From Acidobacteriota bacterium (GTDB taxonomy: Bacteria > Acidobacteriota > UBA6911 > RPQK01 > JAJDTT01): a DNA stretch of 64,000 bases. Each line of letters begins with the position of its first letter. The stretch's first letter is position 1. The stretch lies in the NCBI GenBank assembly GCA_965263035.1, contig OZ253580.1:5600001-5664000 (forward strand). Direction: 5' to 3'. The notes below the pieces were generated by a model. That model saw nothing but the letters and a program-made list of their open reading frames with translations. It ran no database searches and was not told where the DNA came from. This document shows, one piece after another, positions 41,668-51,047 of this stretch. The translations under genes and the position numbers were made by a program.

Positions 41668-41813
41668 AGTCGTCACGGCATTCGACCGTCCCTGCATCGT
41701 GCGCGGACTGCGTTGCTATCGGCTCACATACTCCCGGTATGCTCCCTCCGTTGCGCCTGGTCCGGCGGGCGCAGGAACGGTCTCGGTGCTCGCGGGACTT
41801 TCACCACGGACTG
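41654..41813 (+). mobile_element. MITE copy 3 (160 bp)
   Basis: Near-identical to copy 1. Confidence 0.85.
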
Positions 41814-41814
41814 C

Positions 41815-43497
41815 TCAGTCCAGCGGAAAGGTAACGGCCCCATCCGAGGGTGAGGAAACCGTACGGGCGTACTTGGCCAAGACGCCGGTCTTGGAACGAG
41901 GCCTGGAGGGTTTCCAGTTCCGGAGGCGGCGCCGGATCTCCTCGTCGCTCAACTCCACGTTCATCACGCGTTCCTCGATGTCCAGCTTGATGATGTCGCC
42001 ATCCTGCAAGGCGGCCAACGGTCCGCCGACGGCGGCTTCGGGAGCCACGTGCCCCACCACGAAACCCCGAGTGGCGCCCGAAAAACGCCCGTCCGTGATG
42101 AGAGCCACCTTGTCTCCCAATCCGGATCCCTGGACCGCTCCGGTGACTGCCAGCAGCTCTCGCATGCCCGGTCCACCCACGGGGCCCTCGTTGCGGATGA
42201 CGATGACGTCTCCCGGCTTGATCTGACCTTGCTTGATGGCGGCGAACGCCGTCTCCTCCCGGTCGAAGACCCGGGCGGGACCGGTGTGACCGTCCCGATC
42301 GACACCGGAGATTTTCAGCACGCACCCGTCGGGGGCCAGGTTTCCCCGCAAGATGATGAGGCCGCCGGTCTTCTTGACGGGATCGGATACGGGCCGGATG
42401 ACCTCTTGTCCCTCCGGAGCCTGACGGCGGGTCAGCTCCTGGGCCAGGGTCCTGCCGGTGACGGTGGGGAGCTCACCGTCGATGAGCCCCGCTTCCAGCA
42501 ACAGGCGGCCGACGTAGGTCATACCGCCGGCCTGGTGCATGTCGGGGGCGGTAAAGCGCCCCGCCGGCTTCAGGTCGGCCAGGACCGGAGTCTTGCGCGA
42601 GATCAGGTCGAAGTCGTCGATGTCCAGAGGAATGTCGGATTCCCGAGCGATGGCCAACAGATGGAGCACCACGTTGGTGGAGCCGGCCGTGGCCATGGCC
42701 CCCGTGATGGCATTGAGGATGGCCCGCCGGCTCAGGATGTCCCGGGGCCGGAGTCCCTGTTCCAGGAGCTGCATCACCAGCCGTCCGCATTCCAGGGCCG
42801 CCTCTTCCTTCTTGGGGTCCACCGCCGGGATTCCATTGAAGCCCATGGGGGAGATGCCCAACATCTCGAACGCGGTCGACATCGTGTTGGCGGTGAACTG
42901 GCCTCCGCACGCCCCCGCGCCGGGACAGGCGTAGTTCTCGATGCCCCTGAGTTCTTCCCGGTCGATTCGACCCGCATTGTAGGCCCCGATGGCCTCGTAG
43001 GCGTCCTGAACCGTGAGCTTACGCCCGTTGTATTCCCCCGGCATGATGGAACCGCTGTAGAGGATCAGACTGGGGATGTTGAGCCGCGACAGCGCCATGG
43101 CGGCGGCCGGGTTCGTCTTGTCGCATCCCGTGATGGCGACGAGGCCGTCGAACAGGTGTCCCCGGCAGACCAGCTCGATGGAGTCGGCGATGACCTCCCG
43201 GCTGACCAGCGACGCCTTCATGCCTTCGGTCCCCATGGCGATCCCGTCCGTCACCGAGATGCTGTTGAACTCCAGGGGAGTTCCGCCGGCGGCTCGAACC
43301 CCTTCCTTGACCTTTGCCGCCAGTCTGCGGTGGTTGAAGTTGCAGGGCGTGACCTCGATCCAGCAGTGGGAGACACCGATGAGAGGTTTGGCCAGGTCCT
43401 GGTCGGTGAAACCGATGGCCTTGAAGAAGGATCGAGCTCCCGCCCGGTCGGGCCCGTCCAGAAGAGTTCGGCTCTGGTGTCTCATATCGAATGGCAT
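41815..43497 (-). CDS. ilvD: dihydroxy-acid dehydratase
   Basis: PCN, GCDKT, GACGGQFTANTM and TDGRFSG motifs. Confidence 0.95.
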   Translation of the reverse strand: MPFDMRHQSRTLLDGPDRAGARSFFKAIGFTDQDLAKPLIGVSHCWIEVTPCNFNHRRLAAKVKEGVRAAGGTPLEFNSISVTDGIAMGTEGMKASLVSREVIADSIELVCRGHLFDGLVAITGCDKTNPAAAMALSRLNIPSLILYSGSIMPGEYNGRKLTVQDAYEAIGAYNAGRIDREELRGIENYACPGAGACGGQFTANTMSTAFEMLGISPMGFNGIPAVDPKKEEAALECGRLVMQLLEQGLRPRDILSRRAILNAITGAMATAGSTNVVLHLLAIARESDIPLDIDDFDLISRKTPVLADLKPAGRFTAPDMHQAGGMTYVGRLLLEAGLIDGELPTVTGRTLAQELTRRQAPEGQEVIRPVSDPVKKTGGLIILRGNLAPDGCVLKISGVDRDGHTGPARVFDREETAFAAIKQGQIKPGDVIVIRNEGPVGGPGMRELLAVTGAVQGSGLGDKVALITDGRFSGATRGFVVGHVAPEAAVGGPLAALQDGDIIKLDIEERVMNVELSDEEIRRRLRNWKPSRPRSKTGVLAKYARTVSSPSDGAVTFPLD

Positions 43498-43515
43498 GGT
43501 CCGGAAATTGTCTCA

Positions 43516-43549
43516 TATCTCACGATCGTCCGAGTTCTTGCGAAAGATA
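43516..43549. other. candidate 13-8-13 recombination site upstream of recombinase 1
   Basis: TATCTCACGATCG-TCCGAGTT-CTTGCGAAAGATA; homologous site at 47289-47322. Confidence 0.6.
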
Positions 43550-43567
43550 CAGATAGAGGAACCACAC

Positions 43568-44560
43568 ATGGACGACAAATTCCTAGAGGACCTGGAACGG
43601 ACAACACTGGCCGAAAATGGACAACTGGACTGGCGATTGGAGCTTCACGGCATGGCCAAGAACACCCGCATCAACTACATGAGTAGGCTCGGCTTTTTCG
43701 ACAAGTACATGAGAAAACAGTGGCCCGGATACCCGCCGGAAGCTCCCAGCGACAAAATGTTGGCCCATTTTTTGATCATGGAATTCATCCGGGGTCTCGC
43801 CGCCTCCGGGCTAAAGGCTTCCGTGAACGCCGTGAACTGGCGAGCCACTGTTCTGGACCATGTCAAGCCCGCCGGAGCACGGACCCGGCGGAACCTGAAG
43901 AGACTTCGGGCATTATCCGGCCGGGAAGGAAGAGGACGTGGACAGGCTCCGTCTCTGACGTTAGATCAGGTCCACAACCTGATCCAGACGACGATCGAGG
44001 CTCGCGATTCCTGGTCTTTCCGGGATGCCGCGCTGATTTCGACCTGCTACTACGGAATGCTCAGAATCTCGGAAGCTGTGTCCCTGGATCGGGACGACGT
44101 GACATTCCTCGATGACGGGAGGGCTCGACTGTTCATACGCCAACGCAAAAACGATCAAGAGGCCAAGGGCTCCAAGATCACCTTGCCCGAAGACGGAGCC
44201 GAACTGCTCCGCGCCTGGCTCGACTCCGTAGGGATCACGTCCGGTCCCCTGTTCCGGGGCGTCCGGCCTGCTCGGTCCGGGCCGAACATCGGAGACTCTA
44301 ACTTGAGCAGAGAACAGGCCCAAAGGATCGTCCAAGGCCGCGCCAAGGACGCCAAGCTGGGACATATCACCACGCACTCGCTGAGACGGAGCCACGCCAG
44401 ACACTTGAAGGAAGCCGGCGCATCCCTGGTCGAAATCCAGCACGCTGGAGGCTGGCGGTCTACGGGAATGCCCGCGCTGTATTCCGGGCATGACGAAGCA
44501 CAAGGCGACGTGATGCAAAAGTTTTACCCGGTCAGGCCCAGGCTCCGGCGGGTGAAGTAG
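43568..44560 (+). CDS. Cre-like tyrosine recombinase 1
   Basis: Catalytic R-K-H-R-W-Y in GMLRISE, RKND, HSLRR, GGW and PALY. Confidence 0.9.
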   Translation: MDDKFLEDLERTTLAENGQLDWRLELHGMAKNTRINYMSRLGFFDKYMRKQWPGYPPEAPSDKMLAHFLIMEFIRGLAASGLKASVNAVNWRATVLDHVKPAGARTRRNLKRLRALSGREGRGRGQAPSLTLDQVHNLIQTTIEARDSWSFRDAALISTCYYGMLRISEAVSLDRDDVTFLDDGRARLFIRQRKNDQEAKGSKITLPEDGAELLRAWLDSVGITSGPLFRGVRPARSGPNIGDSNLSREQAQRIVQGRAKDAKLGHITTHSLRRSHARHLKEAGASLVEIQHAGGWRSTGMPALYSGHDEAQGDVMQKFYPVRPRLRRVK

Positions 44561-44840
44561 CCGCCATTCGGCCCAGGCTGGCCGCTCTCGGAAAAGGAAG
44601 GTAAAGGTAGGGCGAAGGCCGCTCAGGAGCCGCCTGGGCCTCCTCACTCCCCCTCCGGCGGCTGCTATCGCCGTGCTCCCGATTCAGAGCAGATCGCTGA
44701 TCCTGACACACTTTCCAACATCTCAAAAGGTTTATTGCCCGGCCTGCTGATTCCTCGTTCTCTTCGAGCCATGTCAACTGTACTTCCAGTGATAGCTCCA
44801 TCTGTACGCTCTCCTGAGTCGATTTCCGCCGCGTAAGGGA

Positions 44841-46925
44841 TCAGGACGGACTCCGCCCCCATTCGAGGCCTTGGTGCCGATACCCCGCAAGGTACTTGGC
44901 CACTAGGTCCAGGACGTCATCGAAATCCCTCGGTTGAGTGGATTTCAGCTTTTCGATCCTGCCTCGCAAAATATCCTCATCGCCATACACGTCAACCAAC
45001 TCATCCCACTCCATACGAAAAGAACGGTGAACGATCCTTCCGGCGGCCTTCCGTGTCAACGTACGCGCTGACTCAAGCAGAGCCCGGGTCACGCGGGGCG
45101 AATCCGGGACTTCGAGAGGCGGTTCATCGGGACCAGACTCTTGTTTTATAGAGACGAACGTCCGGAGGAGACATTTTTCCTTGGCCAGAGATTCGGCTGG
45201 CGCAGATCGAACTTCCTCTCGCCAGATTCTTTCGAATTGCTGTGCCGCGCGCTCCGAGACGAGCTCGTGTCCTATGTTTTTTTGGTGTCCGACCAACATG
45301 ATCAGTTCCCACTTGGCCGACAACTGTTCGATCTGGGACAGGATGCATCGAACAGCATCCTCTATTCGGTCAGGGCTTTCGAGCTTTCGCACCAGCCGAT
45401 AGACTACTCTGCGGACGGCGTGGCGAGGTTCGAGGTCGAAAAACCCTCGCTGGAGATCAGGCATCTCGGGCAGGAGATTGAGGAGTACGATGCTTCCTGG
45501 TACGACGTGCTCCGGGCTGAACTGATCCTCGTACACTTCAAGGCCGGCAATGACATCCTGGCGCCTGTCAGCGGGCAAGATTCGCAGGTAATTGTCGAAG
45601 GCTTCGCGGTCCGCCATATGGCCCCATGCTTGTTCCGCTGCGGTAGATGCCTGGGAACCTTTATTGGGGACTCGTTCCAAGTACAGACGCATAAAATCTT
45701 CATCCGCCACGCGTCTCTCCTGAAGCCACGCGTCTTTAAAATCAGCGCCGTGGTTGAGGCCGCCAACATGCTGCTGGGCTGCGGGGAACAAGTGGAAGAT
45801 GAGTTGTCGGGCGACCCCTTTGTGGTCCGGTGCCGCCGTCTCGATCAGTTCGTTGATCTGATTTTCTCGGGACGATGGATCTTCGAGAGCACTCCTGGTC
45901 GAGGTCGTGGTGAGGCTGGGTATCGATTTGTGCAAGGCAGAAAACACACCCGGGAGAGACATGCGAATGGCTTCGAGGGCGAGAACATCCACCAGGTTGA
46001 CTCGGCCGTTGAGGGCTTGCACAGTACCGCGAATTGCAATGGCATAGCGACGAACATGCCTGATGTTTCTTATAGGGGGCCGGACGACGTCGTGAAACAC
46101 GTCAGGCCAGCGTTCCTCGTCGAATGGACCGGCATTTTCTATCCCCGAAAGCGCGCCGTCGATCGCGTGGGTAATCTGGCTGATCATCACCTCTTCCGGA
46201 ATCTCGGGGAGATCGATATCCCACTGTAGAATTTTCTCAAGATAGTCTCGTCCGCGGATCCCCGTCGATTCAGTCAGTGCCTTTTCCACCCGCTCCCGGT
46301 CGAATGCCGTGATGTAGATGACGTTTGGAAAATTCGCAGTCAGCCGGACGAGCTTGAATACCGCTCGGATTTCCGGGGTCGTCAGGCGGTCAATGTCATC
46401 GACGACGACGACGAGTGGCGTCCCGAGAGCAGTAAGGGCCTTCTTGACCTTGTCCCTGCGCTCGGCGATTCCCTCCTTCCTGAGATCGGGTAGATTTACA
46501 AGAAGTTTCATCGCCAGTCTCACCCGGTCAATCCATGGCCCAGCAACAGGTAGCCACCCCCACCTCATCCCGGAGAAGCTCTCTCCATAGCGGGTCAAAC
46601 TCTTACCCAACTCATAAAAACGACGACGGTCACGGCCTCTAAGCTGCGCCGAGAGTTCAACGAAGAAGGACTCGACGAGTTGTTCGGTGCCGCTAAACAT
46701 CCACGGGTTGAAGTCGAGGATCTCGATTCCCGCTTTTTTCAGGTGCGGACGAACCAGATTGACGAAGGACGTTTTTCCTGAACCCCAGGGCCCCAAGGCA
46801 CCGGTCACGAGACCCTCCGAGGCGTCGAGCGAGAGAAGCTGTTCGGAAAACGATTCCGCTAGCTTTGCCCTGCCGAGGACATCCTCCTCGGGATTCCGAA
46901 TAGGGGTATCCATCCTAATTGTCAT
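44841..46925 (-). CDS. KAP family P-loop NTPase
   Basis: DVLGR, GPWGSGKT, FNPW, VVVVDDIDRL and YLEKI motifs. Confidence 0.9.
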   Translation of the reverse strand: MTIRMDTPIRNPEEDVLGRAKLAESFSEQLLSLDASEGLVTGALGPWGSGKTSFVNLVRPHLKKAGIEILDFNPWMFSGTEQLVESFFVELSAQLRGRDRRRFYELGKSLTRYGESFSGMRWGWLPVAGPWIDRVRLAMKLLVNLPDLRKEGIAERRDKVKKALTALGTPLVVVVDDIDRLTTPEIRAVFKLVRLTANFPNVIYITAFDRERVEKALTESTGIRGRDYLEKILQWDIDLPEIPEEVMISQITHAIDGALSGIENAGPFDEERWPDVFHDVVRPPIRNIRHVRRYAIAIRGTVQALNGRVNLVDVLALEAIRMSLPGVFSALHKSIPSLTTTSTRSALEDPSSRENQINELIETAAPDHKGVARQLIFHLFPAAQQHVGGLNHGADFKDAWLQERRVADEDFMRLYLERVPNKGSQASTAAEQAWGHMADREAFDNYLRILPADRRQDVIAGLEVYEDQFSPEHVVPGSIVLLNLLPEMPDLQRGFFDLEPRHAVRRVVYRLVRKLESPDRIEDAVRCILSQIEQLSAKWELIMLVGHQKNIGHELVSERAAQQFERIWREEVRSAPAESLAKEKCLLRTFVSIKQESGPDEPPLEVPDSPRVTRALLESARTLTRKAAGRIVHRSFRMEWDELVDVYGDEDILRGRIEKLKSTQPRDFDDVLDLVAKYLAGYRHQGLEWGRSPS

Positions 46926-46950
46926 GGTCCTTTAACCACCACCTCGCGGG

Positions 46951-47063
46951 CCGGGGGGATGTCGTCGGCCGGCGGACCCGGTCATCGACGAGGCAATGTC
47001 AAACTCGTTGACTCCTTCCGGATCCGCCGCCCCATGCGGCGATCGCCGGCGACCTCCCTCCGG
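46951..47063 (+). other. long imperfect hairpin with three stacked stems
   Basis: Pairs CCGGGGGGATGTCGTCGGC/GCCGGCGACCTCCCTCCGG, GGCGGACCCGG/CCGGATCCGCC and TCGACGAG/CTCGTTGA. Confidence 0.6.
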
Positions 47064-47288
47064 ATGTTCGGATTTTATCACGCCCTCCTCCGCTTCTCGG
47101 AGAAACGCCGCCTTCTTCCGAACGATCCCCATCTCTTTGCGAGCGCCCCCTCTTCTCGCAAAAAATCCCTCCTCTCCTTGGAAATCGTCACCCGGATAAG
47201 ATGCTTTACGGACAATAATTCGGTGCCGGTGCTTGAGCGGTCACGCTCGGCAGCTCTCACCCTTGAGACCACAACTTCCGCGCAAATT

Positions 47289-47322
47289 CATCTATCGATC
47301 GTGTTCGTTCTTGCGAAAGAGA
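47289..47322. other. candidate 13-8-13 recombination site upstream of recombinase 2
   Basis: CATCTATCGATCG-TGTTCGTT-CTTGCGAAAGAGA; same distance to the ATG as site 1. Confidence 0.6.
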
Positions 47323-47340
47323 AGAGTAGGAGGTATCAAC

Positions 47341-48339
47341 ATGAGCGGAAGACTAAACCTGGATGATTTGGAACGAACCGTGCTGGCTGGGGACGAGGAC
47401 CGGGACTGGAGGCGGAAGCTGCGAGCCCGGCCAGCGGGGACGCAGAGAGCCTATGGATCACGCCTGCTCCGGTTCGACCGCTGGATGGCCAAACGCTTCG
47501 CCGACGTAGACCCGGAGCGACCCAAAGACCAGCACGTCGCTCTTCACCTGATCCGGGAGTTCAAACGAGGACGAACCGGCGCGGTCCTGCGACTGAGCAC
47601 CACCGCCTTGCGTTGGAGGGCCAACGCGCTGGACCAGCCTTCGCCAATCGGACGCAAGACGCGGGAAACCCTGGATGTGCTGCTCCGGGAATTGGCCCGA
47701 GTCGGACGGACCAAACGTAGCGCTCCCAGCTTGTCCGAATCGGAAATGGACCGGCTGTTCCGGCAAGCCGAATCCGCCGTCGTCCCGTGGGGACTCCGAG
47801 ACGGTGCGCTAATAGCCGCCTGCTTTTACGGGCTGCTCAGGGCCTCCGAAGCCCTGGCCCTCGATGTCCAGGACGTCCGGTTCCAGCTCAACGGGGAAGC
47901 CACGCTCAGAATCCGCCGGAGCAAAACCGACCAGCATGGGGAGGGCCGGAACGTCACCCTGATTCCCGCCGCTGCGGATCGGCTCCGGCGCTGGACCGAC
48001 TTCGTCGAAATCCAGACCGGCCCCGTCTTTCGCTCTATCCACCGGCTGCCCTTCGGGGATTATCAGATTCGCAGCAAGCGCCTGTCCTTCAACACCTTCC
48101 ACGGACTGCTCGCATATCGCGCCAAACAAGCCGGGCTCGGGAGGGTGAGTACGCACACTTTGAGAAGGAGCGGCGCCAGGGCGCTCATGGAGCGGGGTGC
48201 TACCGTAGCCGAGTTCCAGTTGGCCGGAGGCTGGACAAGCGGCTTGATGGCGGTCTACTACGCCTGAAACCCGGAGGCTCAGGGTGCCGTCGTGCGAAAG
48301 TATTTCTCGGGAGCCCCAAAGCTCAAAGCCGTCAAGTAG
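47341..48339 (+). pseudogene. Cre-like tyrosine recombinase 2 with a premature TGA (48265-48267) after the catalytic Tyr
   Basis: LLRASE, SKTD, HTLRR, GGW and VYY motifs; the read-through tail NPEAQGAVVRKYFSGAPKLKAVK aligns with the C-terminus of recombinase 1. Confidence 0.8.
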
Positions 48340-48543
48340 AGTCGCCGTAGGAGCCCCCCAGACGTTTGGAAGGTCCTAGACCTTGGCCGAGGCCCGTCCG
48401 TTGATCTGGGCCGCCCAGGGGCGAGGAAGGGGGCCGGGAAACCCTGTAAGAAACCCGACCCCTGGAGGAACGGCCCTGGCCTGATCGCCAAATCGCCAGA
48501 GCCTATGACGGTTCCGAGTCCAAAACTGGCGGACCGATTGTGG

Positions 48544-49169
48544 CTGGCCCGCCAGGACCGCCGCCTTCTCGACTTCCATGCCGCCGTTGACCAGAGACTG
48601 GAACGCCCGCGCCCTCCCCGTCAGATCGGAGGCAAACAGGGGCGCCAGGTCCAGCGTCACCGGCATCTCCAGCTTGGCCCGGAACTCCGCCTCCAGCCGG
48701 TTGACCAGGGGCTGGAGCGCCGCGTGAGCCCAGTATCGGAAACTCTCCCGCCTTGCGCTCCCGTCGGACCGATCCCCGAGCATGGCCGAGGGGATTCCGC
48801 AAGCCGAAAGTACGGACTGTTTTGCGTCTTCCCGGAGCGTACACAGTGCCTCCGGTGGAGCCGGTCAAGCCTGGACGGTATCCAGTCTTTCTGAGGTGCC
48901 GCATCCCGGCCCTCACCGAAGCCTACCGCCGTCGTCTCCACTAGGGCCAGCCCTCCGGCCAGCGTCTTGAGGTCGGCTTTCATGGGCGCCAGAGGGTCGT
49001 CCGCTTCGTCCTGTTCGGCATGGGGAACGGGGAGCAAGAATCCGGTAGGAGTTGAGGACTCATTTGCTAGCCAACTTTCCAAGGCTTTGTCCAGGGACCC
49101 GGTTTGGTCCGCAACCTCCAGGGGTCCGCAGCCCTTCCACGGGACGCAGGGATCGATGGCCCACCGCAT
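48544..49169 (-). pseudogene. phage portal-like protein remnant (frameshifted, 5'-truncated)
   Basis: ACGIPSAMLG...RESFRYWAHAALQPLVNRLEAEFRAKL resembles an HK97-type portal C-terminus; frame change near 48870. Confidence 0.6.
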
Positions 49170-49476
49170 CTAGGCGGGAGAGCATACCCAGGTTTATTCG
49201 GGCCTTCTTACTGTGGAAAATAGCTCGTCCTAACCGCGCCCTGAATGGACCGCACAACTCACCTACAAACAAGGCTTGGAGCTGTTGGGACTTGTCCCGG
49301 AGAGGGCAATCGGCTACTATTAGATGTTCCTAGGTGAGCCCGCCGAGTGCTTGAACACCCGGCAGGCTCTATGCTCACTCGTCCTGCGTCGGAGGAAGAG
49401 CCAGCCTAATTGGTATTCTACCTGAATCCCTCCGCTGCCTGAATCCGGCGCAGGACAATCTCCTGGAAGACTTGCC

Positions 49477-50346
49477 ATGTCTGATGCACCCAAAGACGAC
49501 ACCAGACGTAATCTGACCATTATTGGAATCATTCTGGCTGTACTAATCCTTATGATTTCGCTAGTTGTCCTGATCGATCCCGAACTGGGGGCAGCTTTCA
49601 TGCAGGTTCAGAAGGACCAGCATGAAGACATGATCGAAACGGAGAGTTCACAGGAATCCCTGAACGCCTTAGATCTTCGACAGAATCCGGTTCCGGAATC
49701 TAGCCACTCCGAGTCCGACCCATCTGTCGTCCGGGTCAGCAACGAAGTGCCCGACGACAATGGGACCGTCGGCGTATGGTGGAGGGACGCCGGTGCCCTT
49801 TCCGGAAAACTTCGGATCAAGCAGGTGGGAGCCAAGCTGACGGCAAACTGGACCTTCATGAACGGGCAAACCATGACTCGGAAACTCGTAGAGTCCAAGG
49901 AAGCCGGACTGAGGCGGTTCGACATCCCGGAGAGCGCACCCCACAACGAGTATTACATCCTCCAAGAGGATGGGTGGTTGCGCCTGGGTGGTCCCAACGG
50001 CGTGTTTCAAGTAATCCCACCCGACTCGTTGAACATCCCTAAAAGCGCCCCTCCAAACCCGCAGGCATACTCGCCTGCAAGAGGGCACTCCTCTTGTGAC
50101 GGATTGAAGCACCTTGATCCCTGGAACGGGGAGAGTCCCGAATTGAACCGGGCAGTGCAGCTCCGCCTGAACGATCCCAATAGCTTGGAGGTGTTGGAAA
50201 CGAAGATCGGCGAGAACGAGTCCGGGCGTCACCTCATCACGATGGAGTTCACGGCCCGAACCCCATTTGGGGGAAGAAAAAGAATGCGGGCTGTGGGCTG
50301 GCTGGATCACGACACCAAGGATGTGGAATTGACCTTCTTGAGATAG
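49477..50346 (+). CDS. membrane-anchored hypothetical protein
   Basis: N-terminal TM helix; C-terminal LNDPNS...FTARTPFGG motif. Confidence 0.7.
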   Translation: MSDAPKDDTRRNLTIIGIILAVLILMISLVVLIDPELGAAFMQVQKDQHEDMIETESSQESLNALDLRQNPVPESSHSESDPSVVRVSNEVPDDNGTVGVWWRDAGALSGKLRIKQVGAKLTANWTFMNGQTMTRKLVESKEAGLRRFDIPESAPHNEYYILQEDGWLRLGGPNGVFQVIPPDSLNIPKSAPPNPQAYSPARGHSSCDGLKHLDPWNGESPELNRAVQLRLNDPNSLEVLETKIGENESGRHLITMEFTARTPFGGRKRMRAVGWLDHDTKDVELTFLR

Positions 50347-50369
50347 CCTGGAGGTAGTCGTAAGTCCGG

Positions 50370-50987
50370 TTGGGCAAGACTGATATTAAGATCCACCGCC
50401 TCCGCGCTTGGCCCGTGTCGCTTGATTTTCCATTGACGGTACCAATGGGACATTACCCAAGCGAAATCGAAGACGCGCTGCATGACCTGCTCTCCCAACC
50501 AGCCTACTTCCATCGTGTAACTCGTTTTCAAGGTCCTCGCGCTCGCACCACTGGAGAAACCACCGGACGACCCAGGCATAGGGCTGCCGGGTCTCGGCGT
50601 TGGATTATCCGGGCAGAGAACAACTCGTCGGCCGCAACGCAGGCGGTGGCGCCAGCCCGTTCCAGGACCGGCGGGGGAACCTCCGCAGGCAGGTCCCCGC
50701 GGGCGGCCTGTGAGCGGGTCCGGGAACTGGTGAGTTAGCACGATGACCAGGTGGTGCTGTTGATTTGGGGCGGCCGGATTCTCGGCTGGTCCCTGCGCCG
50801 CATTGCGGCGGCCCTGGAAGGGTCGATCGCGCCTCCCGGTCGCCGCGCCGGGTACACAGCCGGCCATTGGACAGCGGCTACGGTCCAGCGGATCTGCCGC
50901 CGGCATGGGATCGCAACGGATCGTCCGGCCGATCCGCCTCGTGTTTTGCTCGACTCTCTGAGACGGGGTTCCGGTCCCCGCCGGTAG
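50370..50987 (+). pseudogene. remnant with a recombinase-type HTH DNA-binding segment, in-frame TAG at 50736-50738
   Basis: Two same-frame ORFs; GWSLRRIAAAL...WTAATVQRI motif. Confidence 0.45.
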
Positions 50988-51047
50988 AAGGAGAAGGACG
51001 GATACAGTCCCCCGAGGCCCGAGGACGCTCCGGCTGACCGTCTTCTT

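Noticed and set aside
43076-43567. N-terminal extension of recombinase 1
   Set aside because: Overlaps ilvD antisense; the RBS and the paralogue alignment support ATG 43568.
10080-43686. Many long alternative-frame and antisense ORFs in the track
   Set aside because: Expected shadows in high-GC DNA; Arg/Pro/Gly-rich with no motifs.
49227-49291. attC-like site (GTCCTAAC...GTTGGGAC); also GTCTAAC at 1043-1049
   Set aside because: Inner L boxes do not pair convincingly, the 1043 site lacks a partner box, and none of the recombinases looks like IntI.
49336-49369. Hairpin GAGCCCGCCGAGTG-CTTGAA-CACCCGGCAGGCTC
   Set aside because: Single copy with no U-tract; cannot be assigned to an RNA family by eye.
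725-50738. Stop-codon recoding (Pyl, Sec or an alternative genetic code)
   Set aside because: All three stop types occur as interruptions and all are also used as normal terminators; no recoding machinery is visible in the window.
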